From Flavobacteriaceae bacterium (lineage in GTDB: Bacteria > Bacteroidota > Bacteroidia > Flavobacteriales > Flavobacteriaceae): a DNA stretch of 32,000 bases. The stretch lies in assembly GCA_965224465.1 (NCBI GenBank), contig OZ245049.1:2610001-2642000 (forward strand), in the 5' to 3' direction. A program made the translations under genes and the position numbers. Below, one piece after another: positions 9,253 through 18,851 of the stretch. Position 1 is the stretch's first letter. Each line of letters begins with the position of its first letter. Under the pieces are notes generated by a model. That model was not told the origin of the DNA. It did not search any database and worked only from the letters and a program-made list of their open reading frames with translations.

Positions 9253-10881
9253 TTATTCTCCTAAGAATGGGTATCTGTAGTCTTTAGGTGTTACAAACGT
9301 CTCTTTAATAGTACGTGCATTTACCCAACGAAGTAAGTTCCAAACAGAACCTGCTTTATCATTCGTTCCAGATGCTCTAGCACCACCAAATGGTTGTTGT
9401 CCTACAACAGCTCCAGAAGGCTTATCGTTGATATAGAAGTTACCAGCAGCGTTTTCTAATTTGTTTGTTGCATGGTCTATCACATAACGATCTCCACTAA
9501 AAATAGCTCCTGTTAAAGCGAATTCACCTGTCTTATCAACTAAGTCTAAAACATCATCCCATTCCGCATCCTCATATACATAAATAGTAATGATAGGCCC
9601 GAATAACTCAGTAGTCATAGTTTTGTACTGCGGATTGGTTGTCACTAATACGGTAGGCTCAATAAAGTACCCTACTGAATCGTCATAACCACCACCTACA
9701 ATAACTTCTACGTCGCTGTCTTTTTTAACTTGGTCTAAATATCCTGATAATCTTTTAAATGCTTTTGCATCAATTACGGCATTGATAAAGTTAGAAGGAT
9801 CTTCTGGTGAACCCATTTTGAATGACTTCACATCTTTAATCACTGATTCCTTAATTGCTGGCCATAAACTCTTCGGTAAATACGCTCTAGAAGCCGCAGA
9901 ACATTTTTGTCCTTGGTATTCAAAAGCACCACGAGAAATTGCAGTAGCTACTTCCTGTGCATTTGCTGTTGGATGTGCCCAAATAAAGTCTTTCCCTCCT
10001 GTTTCTCCAACAATTCTAGGATACGATTTATAGTTCTCCATGTTATTCCCAATAGTTTTCCAGAAACTGTTAAATACTGGAGTAGATCCTGTAAAGTGAA
10101 TTCCAGCAAACTCTGGACTCGCTAATAAAGTATCTGTAATCATTCCCGAGTTTCCAGTTACCATATTGATAACACCGTCAGGTAAACCAGCTTCTTTAAA
10201 TAATTCCATAATAACTTGTGCAGAATACACTTGCGTTGCAGCAGGTTTCCAAACCACAACATTCCCCATCATAGCAGGTGCAGCAGGTAAGTTACCAGCA
10301 ATAGCAGTAAAGTTAAAAGGAGTTACAGCATATACAAACCCTTCCAATCCACGGTATTCCATACGATTCCAAACTCCTCGAGACGATGTTGGTTGGTTTG
10401 CATAAATTTCTGTCATAAACTCTACGTTGAAACGTAAAAAGTCGATCAACTCACAAGCCGCATCAATTTCCGCTTGCATTACGTTTTTTGACTGTGCAAT
10501 CATAGTTGCAGCATTCATTTTATAACGGTATGGTCCAGCCAATAAATCAGCAGCTTTCAAAAAGATAGCAGCACGGTGCTCCCAACTAGTAGCAGCCCAT
10601 TTTGCACGCACTTCCAAGGCATTTTCAACAGCCATTTCTATGTGCTTTTTCTCGGCAGTATGGTACTGACCTACACTGTGTTTTGTATCAAATGGAGGGT
10701 GAATTTCAACAGTATTTCCTGTTCTGTACTCTTTGCCACCAATATAGAACGGAATGTCTACCTTTTCCGCATACATTTCTTTAAATTTAGCTAATAACGC
10801 GTCGCGCTCTGGAGTTCCAGGTGCATACGAATTAACAGGCTCGTTAATTGCTTTAGGTACTTTATAAAATCCTGATGCCAT
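9253..10881 (-). CDS. pruA: L-glutamate gamma-semialdehyde (1-pyrroline-5-carboxylate) dehydrogenase
   Basis: 542 aa aldehyde dehydrogenase. It has the catalytic motifs VGETGGKDF and EYQGQKCSAASR and the N-terminal pattern FKVP...NEPV..YAPGSPER typical of the long PruA type. Confidence 0.9.
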   Translation of the reverse strand: MASGFYKVPKAINEPVNSYAPGTPERDALLAKFKEMYAEKVDIPFYIGGKEYRTGNTVEIHPPFDTKHSVGQYHTAEKKHIEMAVENALEVRAKWAATSWEHRAAIFLKAADLLAGPYRYKMNAATMIAQSKNVMQAEIDAACELIDFLRFNVEFMTEIYANQPTSSRGVWNRMEYRGLEGFVYAVTPFNFTAIAGNLPAAPAMMGNVVVWKPAATQVYSAQVIMELFKEAGLPDGVINMVTGNSGMITDTLLASPEFAGIHFTGSTPVFNSFWKTIGNNMENYKSYPRIVGETGGKDFIWAHPTANAQEVATAISRGAFEYQGQKCSAASRAYLPKSLWPAIKESVIKDVKSFKMGSPEDPSNFINAVIDAKAFKRLSGYLDQVKKDSDVEVIVGGGYDDSVGYFIEPTVLVTTNPQYKTMTTELFGPIITIYVYEDAEWDDVLDLVDKTGEFALTGAIFSGDRYVIDHATNKLENAAGNFYINDKPSGAVVGQQPFGGARASGTNDKAGSVWNLLRWVNARTIKETFVTPKDYRYPFLGE

Positions 10882-10918
10882 AGTATCTGTTTTAGTTTTT
10901 CTTGTTAAATTTGTAAGA

Positions 10919-10950
10919 CAAAGTTACAAAACCGATTTGACTTACTCAAA
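10919..10950 (-). promoter_or_regulatory. Candidate Bacteroidota promoter for pruA (-33 TTTG / -7 TAacTTTG)
   Basis: On the minus strand, TTTG lies at 10950..10947. A 20-nt spacer follows, then TAACTTTG at 10926..10919, 38 nt upstream of the pruA ATG at 10881. Confidence 0.45.
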
Positions 10951-10985
10951 ATTAATCTAATACTCAATATCCAAATACCTATATT

Positions 10986-11690
10986 ATGTGTACAGTAACT
11001 TTTTTAAGCTTAGAAAATCAGGGATTTATTTTAACATCTAGCCGAGATGAACGCAAGGAACGAAAAACAACTCCTCCTGCAACCTATCAAGAACTCGGCA
11101 GCCAACTCACCTACCCAAAAGATGAATTAGCAGGCGGCACTTGGATAGGCGTAAGTAACCGAAAAAGAGTGGTTTGCGTTTTAAATGGCGCTTTTAAAAA
11201 ACACGTACGCAAAAATTCTTATCTAAAAAGTCGTGGAGTTTTGGCAAAAGAAATTCTAAAAATGGAGGTCTTAAATAAGGAGATCCCATTCCTAAAACTG
11301 GAAGGTATCGAACCTTTTACAATGGTAATAGTTGACTGGAATGATGGACTCAAATTACTAGAATTAACCTGGAATGAAACTCATAAAACATTCCGTGAAC
11401 TAAAACTAGAAGCGACCATTTGGTCCTCCGCAACACTATACTCAGAGGACATTAAAAAACAACGCGTAGATTGGTTTAAAAACTGGACAGACAAGCACAC
11501 AAACATTCAAGATTCTATTCTTGCATTTCATCATTCAGAAATTGGAGATAAAACACAATCCATTCTTATGAAAAGAAATACAATAGAAACCGTAAGCATT
11601 ACCTCTATCCAGAAGAACACTACCGGTATTTCAATCATTTACAAAGATTTATCACGTAAAAAAACACATACACTTAACATAGATTCATAA
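10986..11690 (+). CDS. NRDE-family (DUF833/TANGO2-like) protein
   Basis: The N-terminus MCT followed by a hydrophobic strand, SSRDE and GGTWIGV are family hallmarks. Size is 234 aa. Confidence 0.7.
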   Translation: MCTVTFLSLENQGFILTSSRDERKERKTTPPATYQELGSQLTYPKDELAGGTWIGVSNRKRVVCVLNGAFKKHVRKNSYLKSRGVLAKEILKMEVLNKEIPFLKLEGIEPFTMVIVDWNDGLKLLELTWNETHKTFRELKLEATIWSSATLYSEDIKKQRVDWFKNWTDKHTNIQDSILAFHHSEIGDKTQSILMKRNTIETVSITSIQKNTTGISIIYKDLSRKKTHTLNIDS

Positions 11691-11708
11691 TTATAAACAT
11701 ACTGATTG

Positions 11709-12770
11709 CTATGAAAATAAAAAAGAAACCACAGTAATAAAGACAAATCCGACAGAAGTCAAAATAATATACATACCATTCAGTATGAAAAATTTAATTA
11801 ACGTCTTAAAAAACGACTGTTTATAAAAGCCTCTCAATGCCAAAAACAGATAAACAGAAAACAGGATAAAAGCCAAACTCCATTGACTTTCTGTTCCAAA
11901 AACTGAATCGACACAAAAGAAAATTATAAACAACAAAAAGAGTACGGTTTGCGTATTAAACACAAACACCAAATGTTCCATATAGGAATACCTTTTACGA
12001 AAATAGACCAACCAAACGAAGCATGTAAAAATGGGGAGCAGGAAAAATAAGGAAATCGAAATTTTGGAAACAATAGCATTAAAAAAAACCTTTAAATTAT
12101 CTTCATCATCCCCTACACTATAAATCATAATTTTATGATACATAGCCTTGTTAAAAAAACTAGGTTCTACCTGTAAACTATCCATTATAGAAACCACACT
12201 TAGGTCTCTATGCCTTCTAAACAGACGATCGGCTTGCTTGATTTTTTTTAAAAAATAGATGGACTCTATTTGATCTGATTCGGAGTCTAATACAGGAGTA
12301 TTATTTTGATCAAATATAGAATCTGTTTCGTGCAAAAAACCTTCCATAATTGTATTCCCCTTTTTAAAACCCTTTTGTACATCAATGCTACTCCTCCCAT
12401 TCCTTTGTTCAAATGAAGTGTTTAATACGCCATATTTAGACGATAATCCAATCATTAAAAAATAAATAATAGACATTAAGAAATAAAACCGAAACGGATT
12501 CACATACCGTTTTCGTTTCCCTTGAATATACTCCAAAGAGACCTCTCCTGGACTAAATAATAGAGGCTTTAAAGTCCTCCAAAGTGTAGAATCATAAGAA
12601 ATAAACCCTGCCAAAAACTCTGTAAAAAAATGAGAAACTCTCAGTTTACGAACATCATTTTTTTGACCACAACTCGCACAAAAGTTTTCATCCCCTTTTA
12701 ACGGCATCTCACAATTAAGGCATTCCAAGCCCTTTAGACTTTTATTTTTAAAAAGCATTGTTTTTTTCAT
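11709..12770 (-). CDS. DUF3667-like zinc-ribbon membrane protein
   Basis: N-terminal zinc ribbon CLNCEMPLKGDENFCASCGQKN. It has the conserved block LWRTLKPLLFSPGEVSLEYIQGKRKRYVNPFRFYF and several C-terminal transmembrane segments. Confidence 0.7.
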   Translation of the reverse strand: MKKTMLFKNKSLKGLECLNCEMPLKGDENFCASCGQKNDVRKLRVSHFFTEFLAGFISYDSTLWRTLKPLLFSPGEVSLEYIQGKRKRYVNPFRFYFLMSIIYFLMIGLSSKYGVLNTSFEQRNGRSSIDVQKGFKKGNTIMEGFLHETDSIFDQNNTPVLDSESDQIESIYFLKKIKQADRLFRRHRDLSVVSIMDSLQVEPSFFNKAMYHKIMIYSVGDDEDNLKVFFNAIVSKISISLFFLLPIFTCFVWLVYFRKRYSYMEHLVFVFNTQTVLFLLFIIFFCVDSVFGTESQWSLAFILFSVYLFLALRGFYKQSFFKTLIKFFILNGMYIILTSVGFVFITVVSFLFS

Positions 12771-12817
12771 GACTGTAAAATGATGTTTTTTTGCGGGTAA
12801 AAATCAGAAGCCTCGTT

Positions 12818-13204
12818 TTAATTAAGTGCCATTGCTACGGTTAATTGAAAATTAGGAATATACACCTTAAAAGATGTTGATGTTGTGAAATTCACCATCG
12901 TATAAAAACCTTTCATTGCCCCAACAGGAGAAACAAGCATACAAAACGAACTATAGCTATAACTTTCTCCAGGCTTTAAAACAGGCTTTTCTCCAATCAC
13001 TCCAGGACCTTCTACAATCTCAATATTATTCAAAGAATCAAAAATAGTCCAATTACGCGCTTGCAACTGCACTACATCATTACTCGTATTTTCTATAGTA
13101 ATTGTATAACTAAACACATAATACAACCGATAATCCCTGTACGAGGTTCCGTCAAAAATAGTCTGAACCGATATTTTGATTCCATTTGTTACTTGCTGAG
13201 TCAT
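12818..13204 (-). CDS. apaG: ApaG (DUF525) protein
   Basis: 128 aa. Y.FSYTITIEN.S...VQL..R.W.I.D......V.G.GV.G..P.L.PGESY.Y.S matches the ApaG pattern. Confidence 0.85.
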   Translation of the reverse strand: MTQQVTNGIKISVQTIFDGTSYRDYRLYYVFSYTITIENTSNDVVQLQARNWTIFDSLNNIEIVEGPGVIGEKPVLKPGESYSYSSFCMLVSPVGAMKGFYTMVNFTTSTSFKVYIPNFQLTVAMALN

Positions 13205-13639
13205 ATAAGTAGCATTAATACTTCAAAGATACAAAAATATAGGATTGGTTCCGCTTTAGAACGTTCAATTAGTGACTAAAGGTAGCATTCGAATCCTTTT
13301 TATTGCTATTTCAACACCATCAGCATTAAAAAATTAAATACTACATAGTCTAATTATAGAATAAATTCTTTTTTATTAAATCTTACACCGAACCAAAAAA
13401 GACGTTTTATAAGCAGGTAAAAAACCTTAAATTAGCAACACCCAACAAATTCAAACAGTTCCTATATGACAAACCCAAACAGTGTTAAGCTCAACATCCA
13501 CTCGAGCACTTCCTTTTGCACTAGTTATCATCAAAAACAACCAGTTATATAAAGGATTCACTAAAGCGATACTTACACAACAAATTCACCCGCCTTTTAA
13601 CCCTAAAACAAATTTAAAACAGCTAAAATTTCACAACAA

Positions 13640-15025
13640 ATGATTCCAACAAAAAACACCAAGCGAGCAACACGTTTTCTTCAACATTTAACAGGACTTT
13701 GCTTCTCCATTGTACTACTCGTAGTATCGGGATGTTCAAAAGACGACGTAGCACCAGCAAGCATGTCCATTTCCCCTCCAATAAAACAACTCAATTTCTC
13801 CCCCACCATGCACGGAGAAAAATCTACATCTAAAAACATCACGTTAAAATATGCACATTTAAGTGATGCAATTATAATTACAGCCAGTTCAAATTTTGAA
13901 GTATCAATAGATGATACAAATTTTCACCAAAGCCTTTCACTTTCAAAAGCAGAATTACCAGCAAATTCTATTAAAATTTATGTTCGTTTTTCCCCAGAAC
14001 TAAACTTGATAGAGACAGCAATAGGGACCTTAACTATTAGTTCTAAAACTACAGAGAGCATCACACTAAAACTAGAAGGCATCTCCACCCCTAAAACATA
14101 CAACTACACAACATTCAAAAACAAACGCCTTGCATTTGGAAATGGACACAACCAATCTGCTATAGATCAATTTACATTACACGAAGACTTAACAGAAATC
14201 AAAACCATTAAAATGTTTGTACAACTAACCTGTCCAGATGGAGGATGTGACCAATGGGATGTTTATGCCCATGTCCTAATCAAAGAGCAATCTTCAGGAG
14301 ATTGGTATGAACTAGGACGCTTTATCACTCCGTATTGGAATGACAACAGTCAATTAGAACGTGGTTTTGAATTTGATGTCACTGATTTCAAATCGCTTTT
14401 AAACAAAAAAGTAGAACTAAAAATATTCACCGAATGCTGGAATCCAAAAGGCTATAATGTAAGTGTAGATTTTGATTATATAAAAGGAACACCAGACTAC
14501 AGCTATTCCTCCATAACCAAAGTACTCCAATACAACAAAAACTCAATAAGCGGAGTGCCCTACGGAAAAAAACACACCCTAGATTTAACAAAATCCATAA
14601 GCATTCCCTCCAATGCAAAAGCAACTAGCTTACGCACCATAATTTCTGGTTGGGGACACGCAAAACCGTATGACGAAGGAAATAGAGGCTGTGCAGAATG
14701 GTGTTTTAGAACGCATTATATAAAAATCAACAACCAAAAAACTTTCAAACACTATATGGGACCAATAGGTTGCGGAAGCAATCCCGTAAACAATCAAAAC
14801 CCTGGCAACTGGAAAGGAGAACGCGCAGGATGGTGCCCAGGAATGGAAGTACCAACACGTATTGACATCTTAGAGAACGCAATGGCAGGCAGTACTTTTG
14901 ACTTTGAATACGACTTTAAATATTGGAGAAACAACGATCAAAACGGAGAAGCTTACAACGCTATATCAACTTATATTATTGTAAAGAGTAACACGCCTAT
15001 TGACAAAGCTACCGTTACAAACTAA
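13640..15025 (+). CDS. Peptide-N4-(N-acetyl-beta-glucosaminyl)asparagine amidase F (PNGase F) homolog with extra N-terminal domain; predicted surface lipoprotein
   Basis: Residues about 150-461 align, as I recall it, along the whole mature Elizabethkingia PNGase F. Matching blocks are VKTIKMF, CD.WD.YA.V, W.E.GRFITPYW, DVTDFKSLL, GTPDY.YS, QYNK.SI.GVPYGK.HTL, ISGWGHAKPYD, RGCAEWCFRTH, RAGWCPGM.VPTRID and KSNTPI. The positions of catalytic D60, E118 and E206 are conserved (CDQWD, FTECW, CAEW). Lipobox VVSGC (Cys32) is followed by SKDD. Confidence 0.9.
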   Translation: MIPTKNTKRATRFLQHLTGLCFSIVLLVVSGCSKDDVAPASMSISPPIKQLNFSPTMHGEKSTSKNITLKYAHLSDAIIITASSNFEVSIDDTNFHQSLSLSKAELPANSIKIYVRFSPELNLIETAIGTLTISSKTTESITLKLEGISTPKTYNYTTFKNKRLAFGNGHNQSAIDQFTLHEDLTEIKTIKMFVQLTCPDGGCDQWDVYAHVLIKEQSSGDWYELGRFITPYWNDNSQLERGFEFDVTDFKSLLNKKVELKIFTECWNPKGYNVSVDFDYIKGTPDYSYSSITKVLQYNKNSISGVPYGKKHTLDLTKSISIPSNAKATSLRTIISGWGHAKPYDEGNRGCAEWCFRTHYIKINNQKTFKHYMGPIGCGSNPVNNQNPGNWKGERAGWCPGMEVPTRIDILENAMAGSTFDFEYDFKYWRNNDQNGEAYNAISTYIIVKSNTPIDKATVTN

Positions 15026-15043
15026 TTCTAAAAAACACAATAT

Positions 15044-15081
15044 AAAGGCAGTTTTTATACATTTATAAATACTGCCTTTTT
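15044..15081 (+). terminator. Rho-independent terminator
   Basis: aaaggcagtttttata / tataaatactgccttt form a 16-bp stem with 1 mismatch and a 4-nt loop, ending in ttttt. It lies 19 nt after the stop at 15025. Confidence 0.75.
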
Positions 15082-15128
15082 AAACGCTTAATTCTTTAAT
15101 TCTCTCTAAGCATCTCCAACATCCAATC

Positions 15129-15248
15129 ATACCAAATACATTTCCAAGTGGCAATTTAGAAATGGAATTTTTTTTGTTCTATTTTCCAACAACGCTAGAA
15201 CAAAAAACAAACTATTTATATCGATCATTTTGGTTTTTAATTGGTGTC
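15129..15248 (+). repeat. Dispersed intergenic repeat, copy D (short variant), first unit of a tandem triplet
   Basis: 120 bp, ataccaaatacatttccaagtggcaatttagaaatggaattttttttgttct|attttccaacaacgctagaacaaaaaacaaactatttatatcgatcattttggtttttaattggtgtc. It abuts copy E with no spacer. Confidence 0.85.
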
Positions 15249-15410
15249 ATACCAAATACATTACCAAGTGACGGTTTAGAAATGGAATTATTTTACGTTC
15301 TAGCTAGGCGGAAAATCTAAGGATAGCCTTAGCTATCGTTCTATTTTCCAACAACGTTAAAACGAAAAACAAACTATTTATATCGGTCATTTTGGATTTT
15401 AATTGGTGTC
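15249..15410 (+). repeat. Dispersed intergenic repeat, copy E (long variant), second unit
   Basis: 162 bp. Same ends as D, plus the 41-nt module agctaggcggaaaatctaaggatagccttagctatcgttct. Confidence 0.9.
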
Positions 15411-15570
15411 ATACCAAATACATTACCAAGTGACGGTTTAGAAATAGAATTATTTTTTGTTCTAGCTAGGCGGAAAATCTAAGGATAGCCATAGCTATCG
15501 TTCTATTTTCCAACAACGTTAAAACGAAAAACAAACTATTTATATCGGTCATTTTGGATTTTAATTGGTA
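15411..15570 (+). repeat. Dispersed intergenic repeat, copy F (long variant), third unit
   Basis: About 160 bp, nearly identical to copy E with only a few substitutions (for example gaaatAgaatt, ttttTTgttc, agccAtagc). Confidence 0.9.
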
Positions 15571-15758
15571 TACGCACATATAAGTAGTGAAATCCCTGAA
15601 AACTACACACTATATCGTTATAGAAACTAAAAAAGATTAATATTTCTATTAAATACACCCTTATATATAAGTATAATGCCTAATTTTAAGACCACTAATA
15701 TAGACAACAAACTCCGTATTAATAATACGGCAATGCACGTCTATCAACATGATTTTTT

Positions 15759-18611
15759 ATGAAAAAAATAAACCTACTTCTCTGTTTAATTTTACTATTT
15801 TCTTGCCAAACAAAAAAAGTAATAACAGACACATCAAAAACTACATCACCCACAGAAGATGTCAAGCCAAGTAAAGACATCCCGCTAGACAAAAACATTA
15901 CTAAAGGAGTACTTAGCAATGGACTTACCTATTACATTCAACACAATGCAAAACCAGAAAACAAACTTGAATTGCGATTGATTGTAAATGCAGGATCTAT
16001 ATTAGAAGACGATGACCAAAGAGGGTTGGCGCATTTTATGGAACACATGAATTTTAATGGAACCAAAAACTTTAAGAAAAACGAATTGGTAGACTACCTA
16101 CAAAGTATAGGTGTAAAATTTGGAGCCCACTTAAATGCTTATACTAGTTTTGATCAAACAGTGTATATTTTACCCATACCTAGTGACGATCCTGAAAAAC
16201 TAGAAAAAGGATTTCAAATATTAGAAGACTGGGCTCACAATGCACTCCTAACAGAAAGCGACATTGATTCAGAAAGAGGTGTTGTTTTAGAAGAACTTCG
16301 CTTAGGAACAGGTGCCAATGAACGCATGTCACAAAAATATTTACCAAAAATAATGTATGGTTCTAAATATGCAGACAGACTTCCTATAGGTAAGAAAGCT
16401 ATTATAGAAAATTTCAATTACGAAAGTTTAATTCGTTTTTACAAGGATTGGTACCGTCCAGATTTAATGGCAGTAGTAGCCGTAGGAGATGTAGATGTAG
16501 CTGTTTTAGAGGCTAAAATAAAAGAACATTTCGGAAGAATCCCTAAGGCAATTGAACCAAAAAAAAGAGAAACTTTTAGCCTTAAAAATCACGACGAAAC
16601 ACTCATTTGTATCGCTTCAGACAAAGAAGCTCCATATGCCGTAACAAGCATCTATTACAAAGACGAACAAGACAGCAAAGCATTAATTAGCACAAATGAC
16701 TACAGAAACTCTTTGATAGAAGGTTTGTTTAGTCAAATGATAAGCAATAGACTCGACGAATTAAAAAACAGTCCGACCCCTCCATTCCTGTTTGCATCTG
16801 CAAGTCACAGCAACACGATGGCAAGAAACAGAAAAGCCTATCAAGGTTTTGCGGTATCTGGACAAAAAGAACAACTAAAAGCACTCCAAACTTTACTAGA
16901 GGAAAACGAACGCGTAAAACAATTTGGATTTACCCAAGGCGAATTAGATAGAGCAAAGAAAAGAACCCTTGCCGCCATGGATCTCGCTTTCAAAAACAAA
17001 GACAAAACAACTTCTGCACGTATTGCGGGACAGTTTGTAAACAATTTCCTTTCACAAGAAAATTCACCAGGAATCACTTGGAAAAACGATTTTTGTAAAC
17101 GCACCTTCCCTGGTATTACACTAAAGGACGTGAGCTCTCTAATTCATAAATACCTCAAAAAAAACAATAGAGTTATTGTACTAACAGGACCTATTGTACC
17201 TGAAGAAGAACAAATTACAGTTGCACAAATTCAGAAAACTTTAGACAATAGTACCACAGCAACCCTAAAGGCATACGAAGACAAAGAAGTTGCCAGTTCA
17301 CTGATTTCTAAAGCACCAAAACCAGGAACCATCATCTCAAAATCAAGCAACAGTAAATTAGGAACGCAAAGCTTTACCCTAAGCAACGGACTTAAAGTAG
17401 TGTATAAAAAAACTGATTTTAAAAACGATCAAATCCTTATGGAAGGTGTAAGCCTAGGAGGACAATCCCTCTATTCCGACGAAGAGTACCACAGCATAGG
17501 ATTTGCTAACGGCGCACTTACTGAAGCAGGTATCAATGGATTTTCTAAAATAGATTTAAACAAAATGATGGCAGGTAAAATAGCCAGAGTGAGACCATAT
17601 ACAGGAGGAATTACAGAAGGAGTTTCTGGAAGTAGTACTCCTAAAGACCTTGAAACCATGTTTCAATTAACCTATTTGTATTTTACCAAATTAAACAAAG
17701 ACGACAAAACATACCAAGGGTTTATCAATAAACAAAAAAGTGTAATTCCGAGACTTCTATCCAGTCCACAAATGTATTTCAGAAAAGAACTGGGCGATTT
17801 TTTAAACCAAGGAAATCCGCGATATTTAGGATTCCCTACGTTAAAATCCCTAGATCAAAGCAATTATGATCTCGCCTTTAAAAAATACAACGAACGTTTT
17901 TCTAATGCTGGAGATTTTGTATTCTACTTTGTAGGAACCATCAACGAAAAACAACTGATCCATTTAGCGACTACCTATTTGGGAAGTCTTCCGGGAAACA
18001 ATATCAAAGAAACGTATAAAATACCTAGTTTCCGTTCTTTAAAAGGCATGCATAAAAAAGTAATAGCAAAAGGACAAGACCCAAAAAGTAGTGTTCAAAT
18101 AATATTCCAAGGAGAAACAGTTTATGACAAATATGAAGCTGCCTCGATAAATGCATTAGGAAAGATTTTAACCATAAAACTGATTGAAAACTTAAGAGAA
18201 AAAGAAGCAGGAGTGTATGGCGCAAACGCAGGAGGTTTTATATCTAAAGTACCCTATGGGAAATACAATTTCAGAATTTCTTTCCCTTGTGGACCAGAAA
18301 ATGTGGATATGTTAACCGCAGCAGCTTTAAAAGAATTAAAAAACATTATTGATAATGGGCCTTCTGACAAGGATTTAAACAAGGTAAAAGAAGCAAAACT
18401 ACTTACATACAAAGAAAACATAAAGAAAAATTCGTATTGGATAAATTCTTTTAAATCTTCGTATATCAACGATAGAGACCCGGCATTGATCCTTGAAAAA
18501 ACCAAAGCAATTAATTGGTTGAATAAAAAATCCATTCAAGATGTTGCTAAGAAATACCTTAATGGAGATTATATTTTAGCCATTCACAATCCCGACAAAA
18601 AAGAAAAGTAA
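15759..18611 (+). CDS. M16-family (pitrilysin/insulinase-like) zinc peptidase, double-length, lipoprotein
   Basis: The inverted zinc motif HxxEH is present in GLAHFMEHMNFNG, with a downstream E in VVLEE. At 950 aa it is consistent with fused active and inactive M16 halves. Lipobox LLFSC. Confidence 0.9.
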   Translation: MKKINLLLCLILLFSCQTKKVITDTSKTTSPTEDVKPSKDIPLDKNITKGVLSNGLTYYIQHNAKPENKLELRLIVNAGSILEDDDQRGLAHFMEHMNFNGTKNFKKNELVDYLQSIGVKFGAHLNAYTSFDQTVYILPIPSDDPEKLEKGFQILEDWAHNALLTESDIDSERGVVLEELRLGTGANERMSQKYLPKIMYGSKYADRLPIGKKAIIENFNYESLIRFYKDWYRPDLMAVVAVGDVDVAVLEAKIKEHFGRIPKAIEPKKRETFSLKNHDETLICIASDKEAPYAVTSIYYKDEQDSKALISTNDYRNSLIEGLFSQMISNRLDELKNSPTPPFLFASASHSNTMARNRKAYQGFAVSGQKEQLKALQTLLEENERVKQFGFTQGELDRAKKRTLAAMDLAFKNKDKTTSARIAGQFVNNFLSQENSPGITWKNDFCKRTFPGITLKDVSSLIHKYLKKNNRVIVLTGPIVPEEEQITVAQIQKTLDNSTTATLKAYEDKEVASSLISKAPKPGTIISKSSNSKLGTQSFTLSNGLKVVYKKTDFKNDQILMEGVSLGGQSLYSDEEYHSIGFANGALTEAGINGFSKIDLNKMMAGKIARVRPYTGGITEGVSGSSTPKDLETMFQLTYLYFTKLNKDDKTYQGFINKQKSVIPRLLSSPQMYFRKELGDFLNQGNPRYLGFPTLKSLDQSNYDLAFKKYNERFSNAGDFVFYFVGTINEKQLIHLATTYLGSLPGNNIKETYKIPSFRSLKGMHKKVIAKGQDPKSSVQIIFQGETVYDKYEAASINALGKILTIKLIENLREKEAGVYGANAGGFISKVPYGKYNFRISFPCGPENVDMLTAAALKELKNIIDNGPSDKDLNKVKEAKLLTYKENIKKNSYWINSFKSSYINDRDPALILEKTKAINWLNKKSIQDVAKKYLNGDYILAIHNPDKKEK

Positions 18612-18775
18612 TACCAAATACAATTCCGAATAAAGGTTTAAAAATGGAATAAGTTTTTTGTTTTAGCTAGGAGAAAAACGGAAGGATAGCACCCGCTATC
18701 GTTCTGTTTTCCAACAACGATAGAACGTATAAAAAACTATTTATAGCTGTCATTTTGGATTGTAATTGGTATCAT
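18611..18775 (+). repeat. Dispersed intergenic repeat, copy G (long variant)
   Basis: It starts with ataccaaataca on the last base of the M16 stop codon and ends tgtaattggtatcat. The ends form an imperfect terminal inverted repeat (ataccaaAtacaat / ataccaaTtacaat). Confidence 0.85.
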
Positions 18776-18816
18776 ACTCCTTTTTAAAATCTTATTATTT
18801 ATTAAGAAAACAAAAC

Positions 18817-18851
18817 GGCACTTACAAAAATGTAAGTGCCATTTTATTTTT
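18817..18851 (+). terminator. Rho-independent terminator between convergent genes
   Basis: Perfect 10-bp stem ggcacttaca / tgtaagtgcc with loop aaaa, followed by attttattttt. Confidence 0.8.

Noticed and set aside
9782-10794. Several 60-83 aa plus-strand ORFs (9782, 9907, 10166, 10576, 10602)
   Set aside because: All lie antisense inside pruA. They are shadow ORFs.
15129-15570. Possible CRISPR array, because of regularly repeated sequence
   Set aside because: The units are 120-162 bp long and directly abut, with no unique spacers. The same sequence is dispersed as single copies elsewhere, and no cas genes are present.
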